Positions 20,675-31,035 of a stretch of DNA of 64,000 bases are shown piece after piece. A program made the translations under genes and the position numbers. This DNA is from a bacterium (GTDB lineage: Bacteria; Margulisbacteria; WOR-1; O2-12-FULL-45-9; XYB2-FULL-48-7): contig JBDRLW010000046.1 of the NCBI GenBank assembly GCA_043812655.1, positions 8,452 to 72,451 on the forward strand, in the 5' to 3' direction. Every line of letters starts with the position of its first letter. The stretch's first letter is position 1. Under the pieces are notes generated by a model. It was not told where the DNA came from. It worked only from the letters and a program-made list of their open reading frames with translations, and did no database searches.

Positions 20675-21772
20675 ATGTCTGATCAAACAGGGCAATTAAA
20701 AACGAACGAGATTGAAAAAAGAAATTCATTGAAAAAAGACAAACCGCATGTTTTTGCCAAGATCATGAAATACGACGAAAAAATAAAACGGGGAGAAAGC
20801 ATTGCGATTATCCAGTTCCAATATGACTATACCTGTAATTTTCGCTGTGAGCACTGCTCGGTCAAGCGATTTCAGGGTAAAAACGATAAACGATGTTTTA
20901 CGATCGACGATGTTAAAGAGCTCTCCCGGCAGGCGGATGAAATGGGGTTGGCCCATATAGTTATTACTGGGGGAGAACCGTTGGTGTTCTCCGATTTTGA
21001 TGAGCTAGTCAAGGCGATCGATCCGCAAAAATTCTACATCACTTCTGATACCAATGGGTGGTTGTTGGATGAGGCCAAGGCAAAACATATTAAAAGCTTA
21101 GGCGTTGATAAGATCCAGCTTAGCTTGGATAGTTTGGATCCGGCAGTGCATGATGAGTTTCGGCGCCAGAAAGGATCACATGAGCGGGCGCTCAAAGCGA
21201 TCGAAGCGGCACAAACAGCGGAGCTAAACATCATCGTTCAAACAGTCGTGACCAAGCAAAGGATCCGTTCTCAAGAATTTATTGATTTCTTGAAGTTCCT
21301 TAATGATAAAGGAGTGGGAGTCTTTGTTACTTATGCAAAACCTGTTGGCGCTTGGGAAGGCAATTATGACGCACTGGTAGATCGAAGTGATATGGATTAT
21401 ATGCGGGAACTGGAGAAAAAATATAATGTGTTTACCCATCTAACGCCTTCTTACGGTCTTGATCTTGGTTGTATCGGTGTAAAGAGGATGATTTCCATTA
21501 CCCAGTATGGTGATGTTTTGCCTTGTCCCTATATCCATGTTTCACTGGGCAACTTCTTTCAAGAACCGTTGAAGGATATTGTAGAAAAAGGCTTGAATAT
21601 TAAGCATTTTGGTCAGTATTGTGATACTTGTTGGATCGCTGAAGATAGGGAATTTATCAAGAAATACGTCTCTGGCAGGATTTACGGCAAACCATTGCCG
21701 GTACCCTATGATGAAGTATTTTTTAAAGAAGATATAATTGAACCGAAAGATCGACGTTTGTATCGCATTTAA
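20675..21772 (+). CDS. Radical SAM protein with twitch/SPASM domain
   Basis: CNFRCEHC, TGGEP, TNG; CIGVKRMISITQYGDVLPC. Confidence 0.88.
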   Translation: MSDQTGQLKTNEIEKRNSLKKDKPHVFAKIMKYDEKIKRGESIAIIQFQYDYTCNFRCEHCSVKRFQGKNDKRCFTIDDVKELSRQADEMGLAHIVITGGEPLVFSDFDELVKAIDPQKFYITSDTNGWLLDEAKAKHIKSLGVDKIQLSLDSLDPAVHDEFRRQKGSHERALKAIEAAQTAELNIIVQTVVTKQRIRSQEFIDFLKFLNDKGVGVFVTYAKPVGAWEGNYDALVDRSDMDYMRELEKKYNVFTHLTPSYGLDLGCIGVKRMISITQYGDVLPCPYIHVSLGNFFQEPLKDIVEKGLNIKHFGQYCDTCWIAEDREFIKKYVSGRIYGKPLPVPYDEVFFKEDIIEPKDRRLYRI

Positions 21773-21784
21773 TAGGGGGAAGAA

Positions 21785-22714
21785 ATGAAAAAGATAAGCA
21801 TAGTTACACCGACATATAATGAGGCAGGGAATGTAAGGGAAATATACAGGCAGGTAAAGGAAATATTTAGCAAATTGCCGGAATACAAGTATGAACATTT
21901 ATTTATTGACAATGCTTCAAAAGACCAGACGGTTGAGATTTTAAAAGAAATAGCGGCTAACGATAATAATATTAAAATTATTGTTAATACCCGTAACTTT
22001 GGCCATATTCGCTCGGGATATTATGGTTTTTTGAAAACAACAGGTGATGCGGTTATCACCTTGGTCGCTGATTTACAAGATCCTCCAACAATGATAATCG
22101 ATTTTATCAGGAAGTGGAAAGAGGGATACAAGATTGTGGTTGGAGTAAAAAAAAAGAGTCAGGAGTCTCGGTTGATGTTTGTGGTTCGCAACCTTTTTTA
22201 CCGGTTAATTGGGACTTTATCAGAAGTTGAACAAGTGAGAGGGTTTACTGGTTTTGGATTATATGATAAAAGGGTGGTCGAGATACTCAAACAAATTGAT
22301 GATCCTTATCCGTATTTTAGGGGCTTGATCACGGATCTTGGCTTTGAAATAGCAAAAGTAGAATATTTTCAACCGAAGCGCTGGCACGGGAGAACAAAGA
22401 ATAATTTTTATACCCTCTACGACTTGGCGATGCTGGGCATTACCAACCATTCAAAAATTCCTTTACGCCTGGCAACCATGCTTGGGTTTTTGATCTCAAT
22501 TCTTTCTATTTTGACCGCCTTTGGATACTTGATCTACAAGTTGGTTTTCTGGAACAATTTTAACGTTGGGATTGCCCCGTTAGTGATCGGTTTCTTTTTC
22601 TTTGCTTCTGTTCAGCTTTTCTTTATCGGGATACTTGGCGAGTATATTGGCTCAATTCATACCCAGGTATTGAAGCGGCCGCTGGTGATCGAGAAAGAGC
22701 GGATAAACTTTTAA
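21785..22714 (+). CDS. GtrB/DPM1-like polyprenyl-phosphate glycosyltransferase (GT2)
   Basis: SIVTPTYNE, IDNASKD, RNFG, ADLQDPP, two C-terminal TM helices, GEYIG. Confidence 0.9.
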   Translation: MKKISIVTPTYNEAGNVREIYRQVKEIFSKLPEYKYEHLFIDNASKDQTVEILKEIAANDNNIKIIVNTRNFGHIRSGYYGFLKTTGDAVITLVADLQDPPTMIIDFIRKWKEGYKIVVGVKKKSQESRLMFVVRNLFYRLIGTLSEVEQVRGFTGFGLYDKRVVEILKQIDDPYPYFRGLITDLGFEIAKVEYFQPKRWHGRTKNNFYTLYDLAMLGITNHSKIPLRLATMLGFLISILSILTAFGYLIYKLVFWNNFNVGIAPLVIGFFFFASVQLFFIGILGEYIGSIHTQVLKRPLVIEKERINF

Positions 22715-23140
22715 ATGAAGGCGCTCTATCGGCAGCATAAGGATAAGATCAATTATCTTTTAGTTGGCGCTTGGAACACTTTATTTGGTTATTGTGTTTT
22801 TCTTTTGTTATATTTTTTGTTTGCCGCTAAGATCCATTATCTGTTTTTGCTGGTATTTAGCAATATCTTGGCTATTACCAATGCTTATATCGGCTACAAG
22901 ATCTTTGTCTTTCGGACTAAGGGAAATTATTTAAAAGAATATCTACGTTTCTATGTGGTATATGGAGCGGCGATGATCTTGAATATGATAATATTGCCGT
23001 TCGTTGTAGAGTTGTTTAAACTTTCACCACCGATAGCCCAAACAGGGCTAATGCTGATCAATATAATATTTAGTTATTTGGGGCATAAATATTTTTCATT
23101 TGAACAAAGCGCAATCAAGAAAAGCACTACTGGGATTTGA
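22715..23140 (+). CDS. GtrA-family flippase
   Basis: YLLVGAWNT, KIFVF, four TM segments, KYFSF; follows GtrB-like gene. Confidence 0.85.
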   Translation: MKALYRQHKDKINYLLVGAWNTLFGYCVFLLLYFLFAAKIHYLFLLVFSNILAITNAYIGYKIFVFRTKGNYLKEYLRFYVVYGAAMILNMIILPFVVELFKLSPPIAQTGLMLINIIFSYLGHKYFSFEQSAIKKSTTGI

Positions 23141-24450
23141 TACATCATAATTCGCTCTACAAGAGTGCCGTCAATTAGAAAATTGTAAGCATTTTGTTCT
23201 GTAAAAGCATAAATGATCAATAAAAGATTCAATAGGATGATCAGAAAAACTAGTTTTAGTTTAGATCCCCAGATTTGCCGCCAGTTGAATATTAGAACAA
23301 TAATTAGTACGAACCACAAGATTTGCCAATCGGCATATGTAAACATCCGTTTACTGATTTGATTTATTATATTAACTAACGAAGGTGTACCGTAAGGCAA
23401 TGCGGTGGAAATTGATGGCAAAATAGCCGGCTGATTATTACTGGCGACAGGGATCATTTTATTGATTAATAATTGAAATTGAGAGATCAATGAGCTTTTC
23501 GGATTTATTAACCAGGGAAAAGCGACGATGATCGTTGTCACTAAAAAAGTCAGCCCTGATTTATTCTCTTGGCGATTTTCCAAGAAAATATATAAAAGTA
23601 AAATAAAGTAAGCGATTATCCAGAGCGGAATACCGAGCTGTTTTACGAAACAGCCTAAACCAAAATATATCGCCGAAAAACATAAAAAAGAATGCTTATT
23701 TATGCGCATCCAACGAAATAAATAAATAACGCCAACTGAATAATAAAAGGTTTGCATGAAATCGGAGTAAGCTGTTCCTACATGATAGATAATTAGCGGG
23801 AAAGAGGTGAGAAGCAAGGTAAAAAACAACGCTTTAAGCCGATCCATTTCCTGTCGTAAATTAAAATAGAAGATCAAAATCAGCGCAACAAAACAAAGAG
23901 GAAAAACTATCTTGCCAATTGCGTCATTCCAAGTCCCGATCCCCATATATATCCAAGCTTGGGATAATGGGTTTAAATAGGGATGGGGGCCAGCCAATTC
24001 TATAGCTTGGGGAGTTAAGACTTTGCCAGTCGTAAAAATAAGCTTAGCAATTGCTCCTTGGCGCCAGAGGTCATCGAAATTTACGATTGGCTTCACTAAA
24101 GCGTCGAAAAAGACATAAATGACAATTACAGCAATTAAAATAAACAAGATTGATTCAGTGATTGATATGTTAGGGAGTAAAATGTTTAGTTTTATCTTAG
24201 GCTTTAGAAAAAGTAAAAATATTCCAATAATTATTAGCGCCGGTAATGAGCTGGTTAGTAGATTTAAAGGGATGTCAAACAATGAAAGAACAAACATCTC
24301 CATTCCCAGTAATCCAAGGCCGATCCCCCAAGCCAGAGCAGTTCTTTCAAGAAAATTGATTTTCAATTTCTCCCTGGTTATCAAAGAAACCACACAAAAA
24401 CCTAGGATTAACGGCAATAATATAGTTAATAACAATCTAGTTAAGATCAT
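23074..24450 (-). CDS. Polytopic membrane protein, probable GT-C fold glycosyltransferase (ArnT/PMT-like)
   Basis: About 12 TM segments, luminal loop NFDD, HPYLNP, AYSD, FVKQ. Confidence 0.55.
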   Translation of the reverse strand: MILTRLLLTILLPLILGFCVVSLITREKLKINFLERTALAWGIGLGLLGMEMFVLSLFDIPLNLLTSSLPALIIIGIFLLFLKPKIKLNILLPNISITESILFILIAVIVIYVFFDALVKPIVNFDDLWRQGAIAKLIFTTGKVLTPQAIELAGPHPYLNPLSQAWIYMGIGTWNDAIGKIVFPLCFVALILIFYFNLRQEMDRLKALFFTLLLTSFPLIIYHVGTAYSDFMQTFYYSVGVIYLFRWMRINKHSFLCFSAIYFGLGCFVKQLGIPLWIIAYFILLLYIFLENRQENKSGLTFLVTTIIVAFPWLINPKSSLISQFQLLINKMIPVASNNQPAILPSISTALPYGTPSLVNIINQISKRMFTYADWQILWFVLIIVLIFNWRQIWGSKLKLVFLIILLNLLLIIYAFTEQNAYNFLIDGTLVERIMMYQIPVVLFLIALCSNEKYLCPK

Positions 24451-25515
24451 TTATTGCACCTTTTTCATAATATATTGGCCATCAGCAAATTTAGCATAAA
24501 AAGAAAAAGTTTTATTTACATGTTGGTTTGGGTCAGATTGGAAAAACAGCAGGTATTCAGCTTCTTGACTTATATCCCTTGTAAGGACATGGGGAATTAA
24601 ATAAATCCTAGCTTGTAGTTCCGCCGCGTATCTTGATGATAAAAAAGCGAACTTTACTGGTTTTTTTGGTAGTTTCTCTTTAGCAAAAGCCAAATATTTA
24701 TAAAAATCCTTTCCATAAGTGATTTCCCTTTTAGCTTCGATTGACTTGCCAAAATACTTCGAAAAGTTGTCTTTAAATATATTGAAGTAATTAAAATATG
24801 AACTAAATGTAAGAAGGATCCAGAAAAAGAATGCAAGGAATAGGGTTTGTTTGCCGGATTCTTGGAAAATCGAGTAAAAGATGGCTTGATCTTTCTTTTT
24901 TGTTTTCTTATTCGCTTTTTGTGACTTATAATAATTTAATGTAAATAAAAAGAGGAAACCAAGCCCAATCAGCCAATAAACGTAAAGATTGATCGATCGG
25001 CCGAAAAACGAGCTGCTTGGGATCAAATTGATCGTGCTTCCTATAACGACTCTCCCTTTTGGTCCCCAAAACTCCCGCCACCCCGACCGAATATTCGTAA
25101 AAAGATCGCCTGGGATGGCTTTAGCCGACTCGATCTCAACTCCTTGAGAACCGCCATCGGGAAAGATCAAGATCTGGGGGATAAAGCCGATCCAGTATGG
25201 ATTTTGCGACTTAACGTTGAAAACATATTCTTTGGGAGAATCAGATTTGTTCAGGAAAAACCAAAGGCTTTTAGGTTCATTCATTTGCTGGTCAAGCGAT
25301 GAAGCCCAAAAAAGACGGGCAGTGCCGCTTTTAACTGATTTGATCTTTATAATTAAAGTAGTAAATTCTTCAGCATCAACATTCATTTCCGGCGCGCCTA
25401 CGATATATGGGGTGCCGGCTGGTTTAGTGAAAGAAAAATTGATCTCATCAAGCGCGGCAGCAAACGAAGAAAAAATAAATAAAAAGCATATCAACAACCA
25501 AGAAACGCGTCTCAT
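24451..25515 (-). CDS. Hypothetical membrane protein (signal peptide, beta-rich extracytoplasmic domain, two TM segments)
   Basis: N-terminal signal-like SSFAAA; hydrophobic stretches mid-protein; coupled to neighbours. Confidence 0.6.
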   Translation of the reverse strand: MRRVSWLLICFLFIFSSFAAALDEINFSFTKPAGTPYIVGAPEMNVDAEEFTTLIIKIKSVKSGTARLFWASSLDQQMNEPKSLWFFLNKSDSPKEYVFNVKSQNPYWIGFIPQILIFPDGGSQGVEIESAKAIPGDLFTNIRSGWREFWGPKGRVVIGSTINLIPSSSFFGRSINLYVYWLIGLGFLFLFTLNYYKSQKANKKTKKKDQAIFYSIFQESGKQTLFLAFFFWILLTFSSYFNYFNIFKDNFSKYFGKSIEAKREITYGKDFYKYLAFAKEKLPKKPVKFAFLSSRYAAELQARIYLIPHVLTRDISQEAEYLLFFQSDPNQHVNKTFSFYAKFADGQYIMKKVQ

Positions 25516-26366
25516 CTTTTAGCCTTCTCTTGATAGAGTTTTATTAGCTTCTCCGTGACCGGGCAGCATTTCCCTTTACCGATTTTCCGGTTCCCGATCC
25601 GGGTGATCGGAATGATCCCGGTCCCCGACATGGTAACAAAACATTCGTCGGCATTATAGAGCTCCCTGGGTGTAAAAGACCTTTCCAGCACCCTGATCGC
25701 CGATTGTTTGGCCAAGGCCATCACAAAATCACGGGTAATGCCGCGCAAGATCGGGGCGGTGGCGGGCGGAGTGTAGAGCGAGCCAAGTTTAACAATAAAA
25801 AGATTACTGACTGTCCCTTCTAGCAAATGGCCTTTCTCATCAAGAAAAAAAGCTTCTTTAGCGCCGGCTTTTTTGGCTTCGGCCAGGGCGAGCGCGTTAT
25901 CAATATAGCAAAGAGTTTTAAGTTGGTTAGTCGGTGAATCGGTTCGTTTAAAAGAAGAAATGATGGCTTTCAGCCCATTAGTAAAAAGTTCTTTCCTTGG
26001 TTCTTTCAATTCTTCGGCAATAATAATAACGTTTGGTTTTCCAGTAGTATTAGAAAAAGAGAGCCCGTGCCCAAGCGCGTCGCCCCTGGTAATTATTACT
26101 TTAAGGTAAGTTTCCTTAAAATTATTAAGCCTTATGGCGGTAAGGATAAAACTTTTAAGTTTATTTATATTGTAAGGTGAACGGATCCCGAGTGCTTTAG
26201 CTCCGGCTAGCAGTCTTTTTAAATGCTCATCCAGCAAAAATGGTTTTTTATTGTAGGTCCTGAAAGACTCAAAGACTCCGTCACCATAAAGAAATCCCCG
26301 GTCAAAAACCGTGATCTTTGCTTTATTAGCCGGAACAAAATTGCCGTTAATAAATATTTTATTCAT
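25512..26366 (-). CDS. Class IV PLP aminotransferase (IlvE/Dat/PabC family)
   Basis: DRGFLYGDGVFE, HLKRL, catalytic LKTLCY, EGTVSN, LRGITR. Confidence 0.9.
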   Translation of the reverse strand: MNKIFINGNFVPANKAKITVFDRGFLYGDGVFESFRTYNKKPFLLDEHLKRLLAGAKALGIRSPYNINKLKSFILTAIRLNNFKETYLKVIITRGDALGHGLSFSNTTGKPNVIIIAEELKEPRKELFTNGLKAIISSFKRTDSPTNQLKTLCYIDNALALAEAKKAGAKEAFFLDEKGHLLEGTVSNLFIVKLGSLYTPPATAPILRGITRDFVMALAKQSAIRVLERSFTPRELYNADECFVTMSGTGIIPITRIGNRKIGKGKCCPVTEKLIKLYQEKAKR

Positions 26367-26367
26367 A

Positions 26368-26946
26368 TTACGCGAACGTACTAAAATTCGACGCGTCCCA
26401 AAGTGTTGGGCTTAGTGTTGGATATTCTGGTCGTTTACCGGCGATCATCCCATCGATCATCGTTGCCAACCGATCAAGTTCTTGGTTAGGGGCATTTTCG
26501 GAAAGTTTTGGTTGTCCGGTCGCAATATCGATCACCGTAATGCCGGTGTCGCTGATGATCTTAATGTTTTCAGAATAAACTTTGCCGTTTTCCACCCGCC
26601 AGGCGTAAAATTCCGGGTTATAACGGTCTTGCAAGCCAATAATAAATAAATATTTCTGATTGTGTGATAAGTCCTGGGCCGAAGGGACAGGGATCCCCTT
26701 AGGATGGGTGTGATAAATGCCAAGATATTCCAGCTGATGCTTAACTAAAAAACGATAGGCAGTATCGATATCATCGGACGAGAGGGCAAACGTCTCTGTC
26801 CGGTTGTATAAATGTTTGTTGGGGATCGGCAAAACGCCTAAGATCGTATTTTCCCGTCCGCCTAAAAAACCACCAGTTTCTTGAGGGTAGCAAGCTTGGG
26901 CCTGCTTCATGATGATATCGTATTGCCGCTGGGTGATCCTAAACAT
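26368..26946 (-). CDS. JAB/MPN (Mov34) metalloprotease-family protein
   Basis: YPQETGG glutamate plus YHTHP...PSAQD JAMM motif; about 65 aa C-terminal extension. Confidence 0.88.
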   Translation of the reverse strand: MFRITQRQYDIIMKQAQACYPQETGGFLGGRENTILGVLPIPNKHLYNRTETFALSSDDIDTAYRFLVKHQLEYLGIYHTHPKGIPVPSAQDLSHNQKYLFIIGLQDRYNPEFYAWRVENGKVYSENIKIISDTGITVIDIATGQPKLSENAPNQELDRLATMIDGMIAGKRPEYPTLSPTLWDASNFSTFA

Positions 26947-27056
26947 AATTGATTATAATTATAACATGTAATATAATAGTAAGGTTTTATTTATAAAAAC
27001 TGCCAAGTTAAAAGCTTTTTAAATATAAAATTGGCAGGAATGAAAGGGGAAAAGAA

Positions 27057-29033
27057 ATGAAAATGATCTATTTGCCATTGATCTCGGGGGTATTGGGGGC
27101 GATTTTCGCCTTATTCTTATATTTTAAGGTCATTAAGCAATCAATGGGGACGGATAAGATGAAAGAGATCGCCGGATTGATCCAAGAAGGGGCAATGGCT
27201 TATTTGAACCGGCAATACCGGGTGGTCTTGATCTTTATTATTGTTATCTTTTTTGTTTTAACTTTTTTAATTAATATTTATGTTTCGATCGCGTATCTTT
27301 TTGGCGGGATTTGTTCTATGCTAGCCGGTTATATCGGGATGAATGCTGCGACCAGGGCAAATGTTCGAACTGCCAGCGCCGCAGCTGAAAAGAACCAAGG
27401 TAAATCGTTAGGGATAGCTTTTTCCGGTGGGGCGGTTATGGGAATGGCGGTCGCTTCGATCGGTGTATTAGGCTTAGGATTATTGTTCCTTTTTGTAAAG
27501 GGCCTCGCTTTAAAAGCGGCGATGATCGGCGGGTTTTCGATGGGGGCATCCTCGATCGCCCTGTTTGCCCGAGTTGGCGGCGGAATATACACAAAATCGG
27601 CCGATGTTGGGGCTGACCTGGTCGGTAAAGTTGAAGCGGGGATCCCGGAAGATGATCCCAGGAATCCGGCGGTGATCGCTGATAATGTGGGCGATGTGGC
27701 GGGCATGGGTGCCGATCTTTTTGAATCTTATGTCGGTTCGGTCGTCGCGACAGTTGCCATTGGAGCGCTTATGGCGACCAATCCTCTTTCCTGGATGATG
27801 CTGCCGCTAATGTTGATCGCGGCGGGCACGATCGCTTCTATAATCGGCGTTTTATTTATTGAGTTCATCCAAAACATGAATCCGCAGGCGGCTTTGCGTT
27901 ATTCGACTTATGTGGCACAAGGTTTATTTATTATTGCCGCTTTTTTCCTGTCAAAGATCGTGGTCGGCAGTCTCGATGTTTTTTGGGCGATCTTGGCCGG
28001 TATCTTGGTTGGCATGGCGATCGGATTGATCTCGGAAATGTACACTTCGGGTAAAATATTAAAAGAAATTGCTGAAGCCTGTAAAACGGGGCCCGCCACA
28101 AATATTATCGCCGGTTTATCGATCGGGATGAAGAGCACTGTTTTCCCGATCCTGTCTATCTGCGCCGCGATTTTTATCGCTTATAAATTTGCCGGCCTTT
28201 ACGGCATTGCCATTTCGGCGGTGGGGATGCTTGGGACGACCGGGATCATTATGGCGGTTGATGCTTATGGGCCGATCGCCGATAATGCCGGCGGCATTGT
28301 TACTATGTCGGGAGCGGCACCCGAAGCCAGGAAGATCACCGATACCCTAGATTCGCTCGGCAATACTACCGCCGCGATCGGAAAAGGTTTCGCGATCGGT
28401 TCTGCCGCGTTGACCGCGTTAGCCTTGTTTGCCGCTTATACCCAGGTAGTGAATTTAAGATCGATCAATGTCCTCAAACCTGAAGTCGTGATCGGCTTAT
28501 TTTTGGGAGGATTGGTCCCTTTTGCTTATGTATCGATGACCTTGCAGGCGGTAGGGCGGGCGGCCTTTAAAATGGTTGAAGAAGTGCGCCGCCAATTTAG
28601 AGACATTAAAGGACTGCTTGAGGGAAAAGCCAAACCAGACATAAAAAAATGCGTCGATATTAGCACTGACGCGGCGCTAAAAGAAATGATGATCCCAGGA
28701 ATCTCAGCTGTTATCATTCCTATAGTGGTTGGTATTGTTCTTGGGCCGGAAGCGTTGGGCGGGTTGCTGGCTGGCGCCTTATGTGTTGGCGTGCCAATGG
28801 CGATCATGCTCGCGAACTCTGGCGCTGTTTGGGATAACGGCAAGAAATTGATCGAAGATGGTTATTTAGGCGGCAAGGGGACTCCCATCCATGCGGCCGC
28901 TGTAGTAGGAGATACTGTTGGCGATCCTTTTAAAGATACCAGCGGGCCGGCGATGAATATTCTTCTTAAGTTAATGGCTATTGTTTCTTTAGTCTTGGGG
29001 CCGGTCTTAGCGGCAATTCACTTTGCCCTTTGA
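27057..29033 (+). CDS. hppA: Membrane pyrophosphatase, K+-dependent, probably Na+-translocating; acidic motif shortened
   Basis: [26 protein letters not shown] (Ala = K+-dependent), [16 protein letters not shown]; reads [10 protein letters not shown] instead of [14 protein letters not shown]. Confidence 0.93.
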   Translation: MKMIYLPLISGVLGAIFALFLYFKVIKQSMGTDKMKEIAGLIQEGAMAYLNRQYRVVLIFIIVIFFVLTFLINIYVSIAYLFGGICSMLAGYIGMNAATRANVRTASAAAEKNQGKSLGIAFSGGAVMGMAVASIGVLGLGLLFLFVKGLALKAAMIGGFSMGASSIALFARVGGGIYTKSADVGADLVGKVEAGIPEDDPRNPAVIADNVGDVAGMGADLFESYVGSVVATVAIGALMATNPLSWMMLPLMLIAAGTIASIIGVLFIEFIQNMNPQAALRYSTYVAQGLFIIAAFFLSKIVVGSLDVFWAILAGILVGMAIGLISEMYTSGKILKEIAEACKTGPATNIIAGLSIGMKSTVFPILSICAAIFIAYKFAGLYGIAISAVGMLGTTGIIMAVDAYGPIADNAGGIVTMSGAAPEARKITDTLDSLGNTTAAIGKGFAIGSAALTALALFAAYTQVVNLRSINVLKPEVVIGLFLGGLVPFAYVSMTLQAVGRAAFKMVEEVRRQFRDIKGLLEGKAKPDIKKCVDISTDAALKEMMIPGISAVIIPIVVGIVLGPEALGGLLAGALCVGVPMAIMLANSGAVWDNGKKLIEDGYLGGKGTPIHAAAVVGDTVGDPFKDTSGPAMNILLKLMAIVSLVLGPVLAAIHFAL

Positions 29034-29077
29034 GCTATCTTTGAAGATAGTAATTTGTTGTTGGGGTTGATCCAGGC

Positions 29078-29695
29078 TTAAGAGGAGGCGGGTTTAACCC
29101 TTTCCATCTTTAGTAGGACTACTTTACTGCTTCGTTCCAGCTCGGAGAGTTTCATTTTGATCAAATTCACGTTCCGCTGTAATTCTGGGATCAAAATATA
29201 TTCTAGCGCGTTCACCCGGCGGCGGGTTTCAATGATCTGTTCGGCCAAAAGGCGCAGCGATTTGCTTAAGGCGGCCATTCTTACCAGTTCCGGGAGCAAA
29301 GAGATAAAAAGGTCGGAGGCTTCTTTTGCTTCAACTGAAGCGGATAGCCCCTTAAATAGTGGTTTTCCTTCCACGGAAAAAGAATAATCAGGGATCTTCA
29401 CCCCCATTATGTTGCGGATGGTCGTTTGCAGGGTAATGGTAGGTTTTAATTTTTCCTCAACTTCAAAAGCGTTGGGAGACGAAAGGGCGTAGGCAAAAAG
29501 AGAACTTGAAAAAAGGGAGACCATCTTTACCTCTAGATCCTCGTGCAGGGAGAGATAGTCTTTTTTAATAGTAAAAAACCGTTGGACCAAGCCGTCTAAT
29601 TTGTCCTTCAGCAGCTTATGCCCGCGCCGCGCCAGCTCAAGTCGGCTTCGCAGCTTGAGCAGCTGCATGCGGGTGGGATTAACTCTGATGCGCAT
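29078..29695 (-). CDS. ntpD: V/A-type ATPase subunit D
   Basis: [25 protein letters not shown]. Confidence 0.95.
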   Translation of the reverse strand: MRIRVNPTRMQLLKLRSRLELARRGHKLLKDKLDGLVQRFFTIKKDYLSLHEDLEVKMVSLFSSSLFAYALSSPNAFEVEEKLKPTITLQTTIRNIMGVKIPDYSFSVEGKPLFKGLSASVEAKEASDLFISLLPELVRMAALSKSLRLLAEQIIETRRRVNALEYILIPELQRNVNLIKMKLSELERSSKVVLLKMERVKPASS

Positions 29696-31034
29696 ATTTT
29701 TCGATGATCTCGTCTTTAACGCGTTTTAATTCCGCCCGGGGTAAAAGGTTCAATAACCGCCAGGAAATAGAGAGAGTCTCGTTGATGGTCCGGTTTTCTG
29801 TCTCTTTTTGCCGAATGAAAAGGCTTTCAAATTCATCCGCGAACTTTAAATATTTACGGTCTAGTTCGGAAAGCGCCGCTTCGCCTAAGATGACTACCAG
29901 TTCGCGCACCTCGCGGCCTCTGGCGTAAGCGGCAAAAAGCTGGTTGGCAACGCCGGCGTGGTCTTCCCGTGTTTTCCCGGCGCCGATCGCTTTGTCCCTT
30001 AGCCTGGAAAGTGAAGGGAGCGGGTCAACCGGCGGATAGATCCCTTTTCTTTCCAGCTCGCGGCTTAAAATTATTTGGCCTTCAGTGATATAGCCGGTCA
30101 GGTCGGGAATAGGATGGGTTTTATCGTCATCAGGCATGGTTAATATGGGGATCAGGGTGATCGATCCATTCTTCCCTTTTATCCTGCCCGCCCTTTCATA
30201 AAGAGTGGCCAGGTCGGTGTATAAATAGCCGGGATAACCGCGCCGACCCGGGACCTCTTTCCTGGCGGCTGAAACTTCCCTTAAGCTTTCACAATAATTG
30301 GTCATGTCGGTCAAGATGACCAGGATATGCAGGTCTTTTTCAAACGCCAGGTATTCCGCGGCGGTTAAAGCCAAGCGGGGAGTGGCGATCCGTTCAATAG
30401 CCGGGTCAGAAGCTAAGTTTATAAAAAGGACCGCGTTCTCAATGGCGCCGGTTTTCCTGAAATTGGAAATAAAAAATTCTGATTCTTCATAAGTGATCCC
30501 CATAGCGGCAAATACGACCGCGAAATCCTCGTTTTTTACGCTTGCTTGGCGGGCGATTTGCGCCGCGATCCTGGAATGGGGGAGGCCCGAACCAGAAAAG
30601 ATCGGCAATTTTTGTCCGCGGGTCAAAGTATTCAAGCCATCGATCGTTGAAATCCCGGTTTGGATAAAGTCATTAGGATAATCACGGGCGTAAGGATTGA
30701 TCGGGTCCCCGTTAATATCCAGCTTTTTTTCCGGGATAATGGCGGGTGCGCCGTCGATGGGACGGCCAATACCGGAAAATATCCGGCCTAGAATATCGGG
30801 AGAGACGGGCAGCTCCAAGCCATGCCCGCGGAATTTCAGGTTAAGGCTGGAGATATCCAACCCATCGGTCCCTTCAAAAACTTGGATCAGCGCCTTATCC
30901 CTGTTTATCTCCAGAATTTTACCTAAACGGATCTCTCCCGAACGAAGCTTAATTTCTACTAATTCATCGTAAGAGGCGCCTGAAACGCCTTCCAATAAAA
31001 TTAGCGGCCCAGAAATTTCTGCGATTTTGATCAT
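29679..31034 (-). CDS. ntpB: V/A-type ATPase subunit B
   Basis: [42 protein letters not shown]. Confidence 0.97.
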   Translation of the reverse strand: MIKIAEISGPLILLEGVSGASYDELVEIKLRSGEIRLGKILEINRDKALIQVFEGTDGLDISSLNLKFRGHGLELPVSPDILGRIFSGIGRPIDGAPAIIPEKKLDINGDPINPYARDYPNDFIQTGISTIDGLNTLTRGQKLPIFSGSGLPHSRIAAQIARQASVKNEDFAVVFAAMGITYEESEFFISNFRKTGAIENAVLFINLASDPAIERIATPRLALTAAEYLAFEKDLHILVILTDMTNYCESLREVSAARKEVPGRRGYPGYLYTDLATLYERAGRIKGKNGSITLIPILTMPDDDKTHPIPDLTGYITEGQIILSRELERKGIYPPVDPLPSLSRLRDKAIGAGKTREDHAGVANQLFAAYARGREVRELVVILGEAALSELDRKYLKFADEFESLFIRQKETENRTINETLSISWRLLNLLPRAELKRVKDEIIEKYAHQS

Positions 31035-31035
31035 A

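Noticed and set aside
26368-26946. CBASS or other defence-associated JAB
   Set aside because: No cyclase, E1/E2 or effector genes adjacent
29035-29050. CTATCTT-TG-AAGATAG hairpin between convergent hppA and ntpD
   Set aside because: Weak AT-rich stem without a clear U-tract; cannot be called a terminator with confidence
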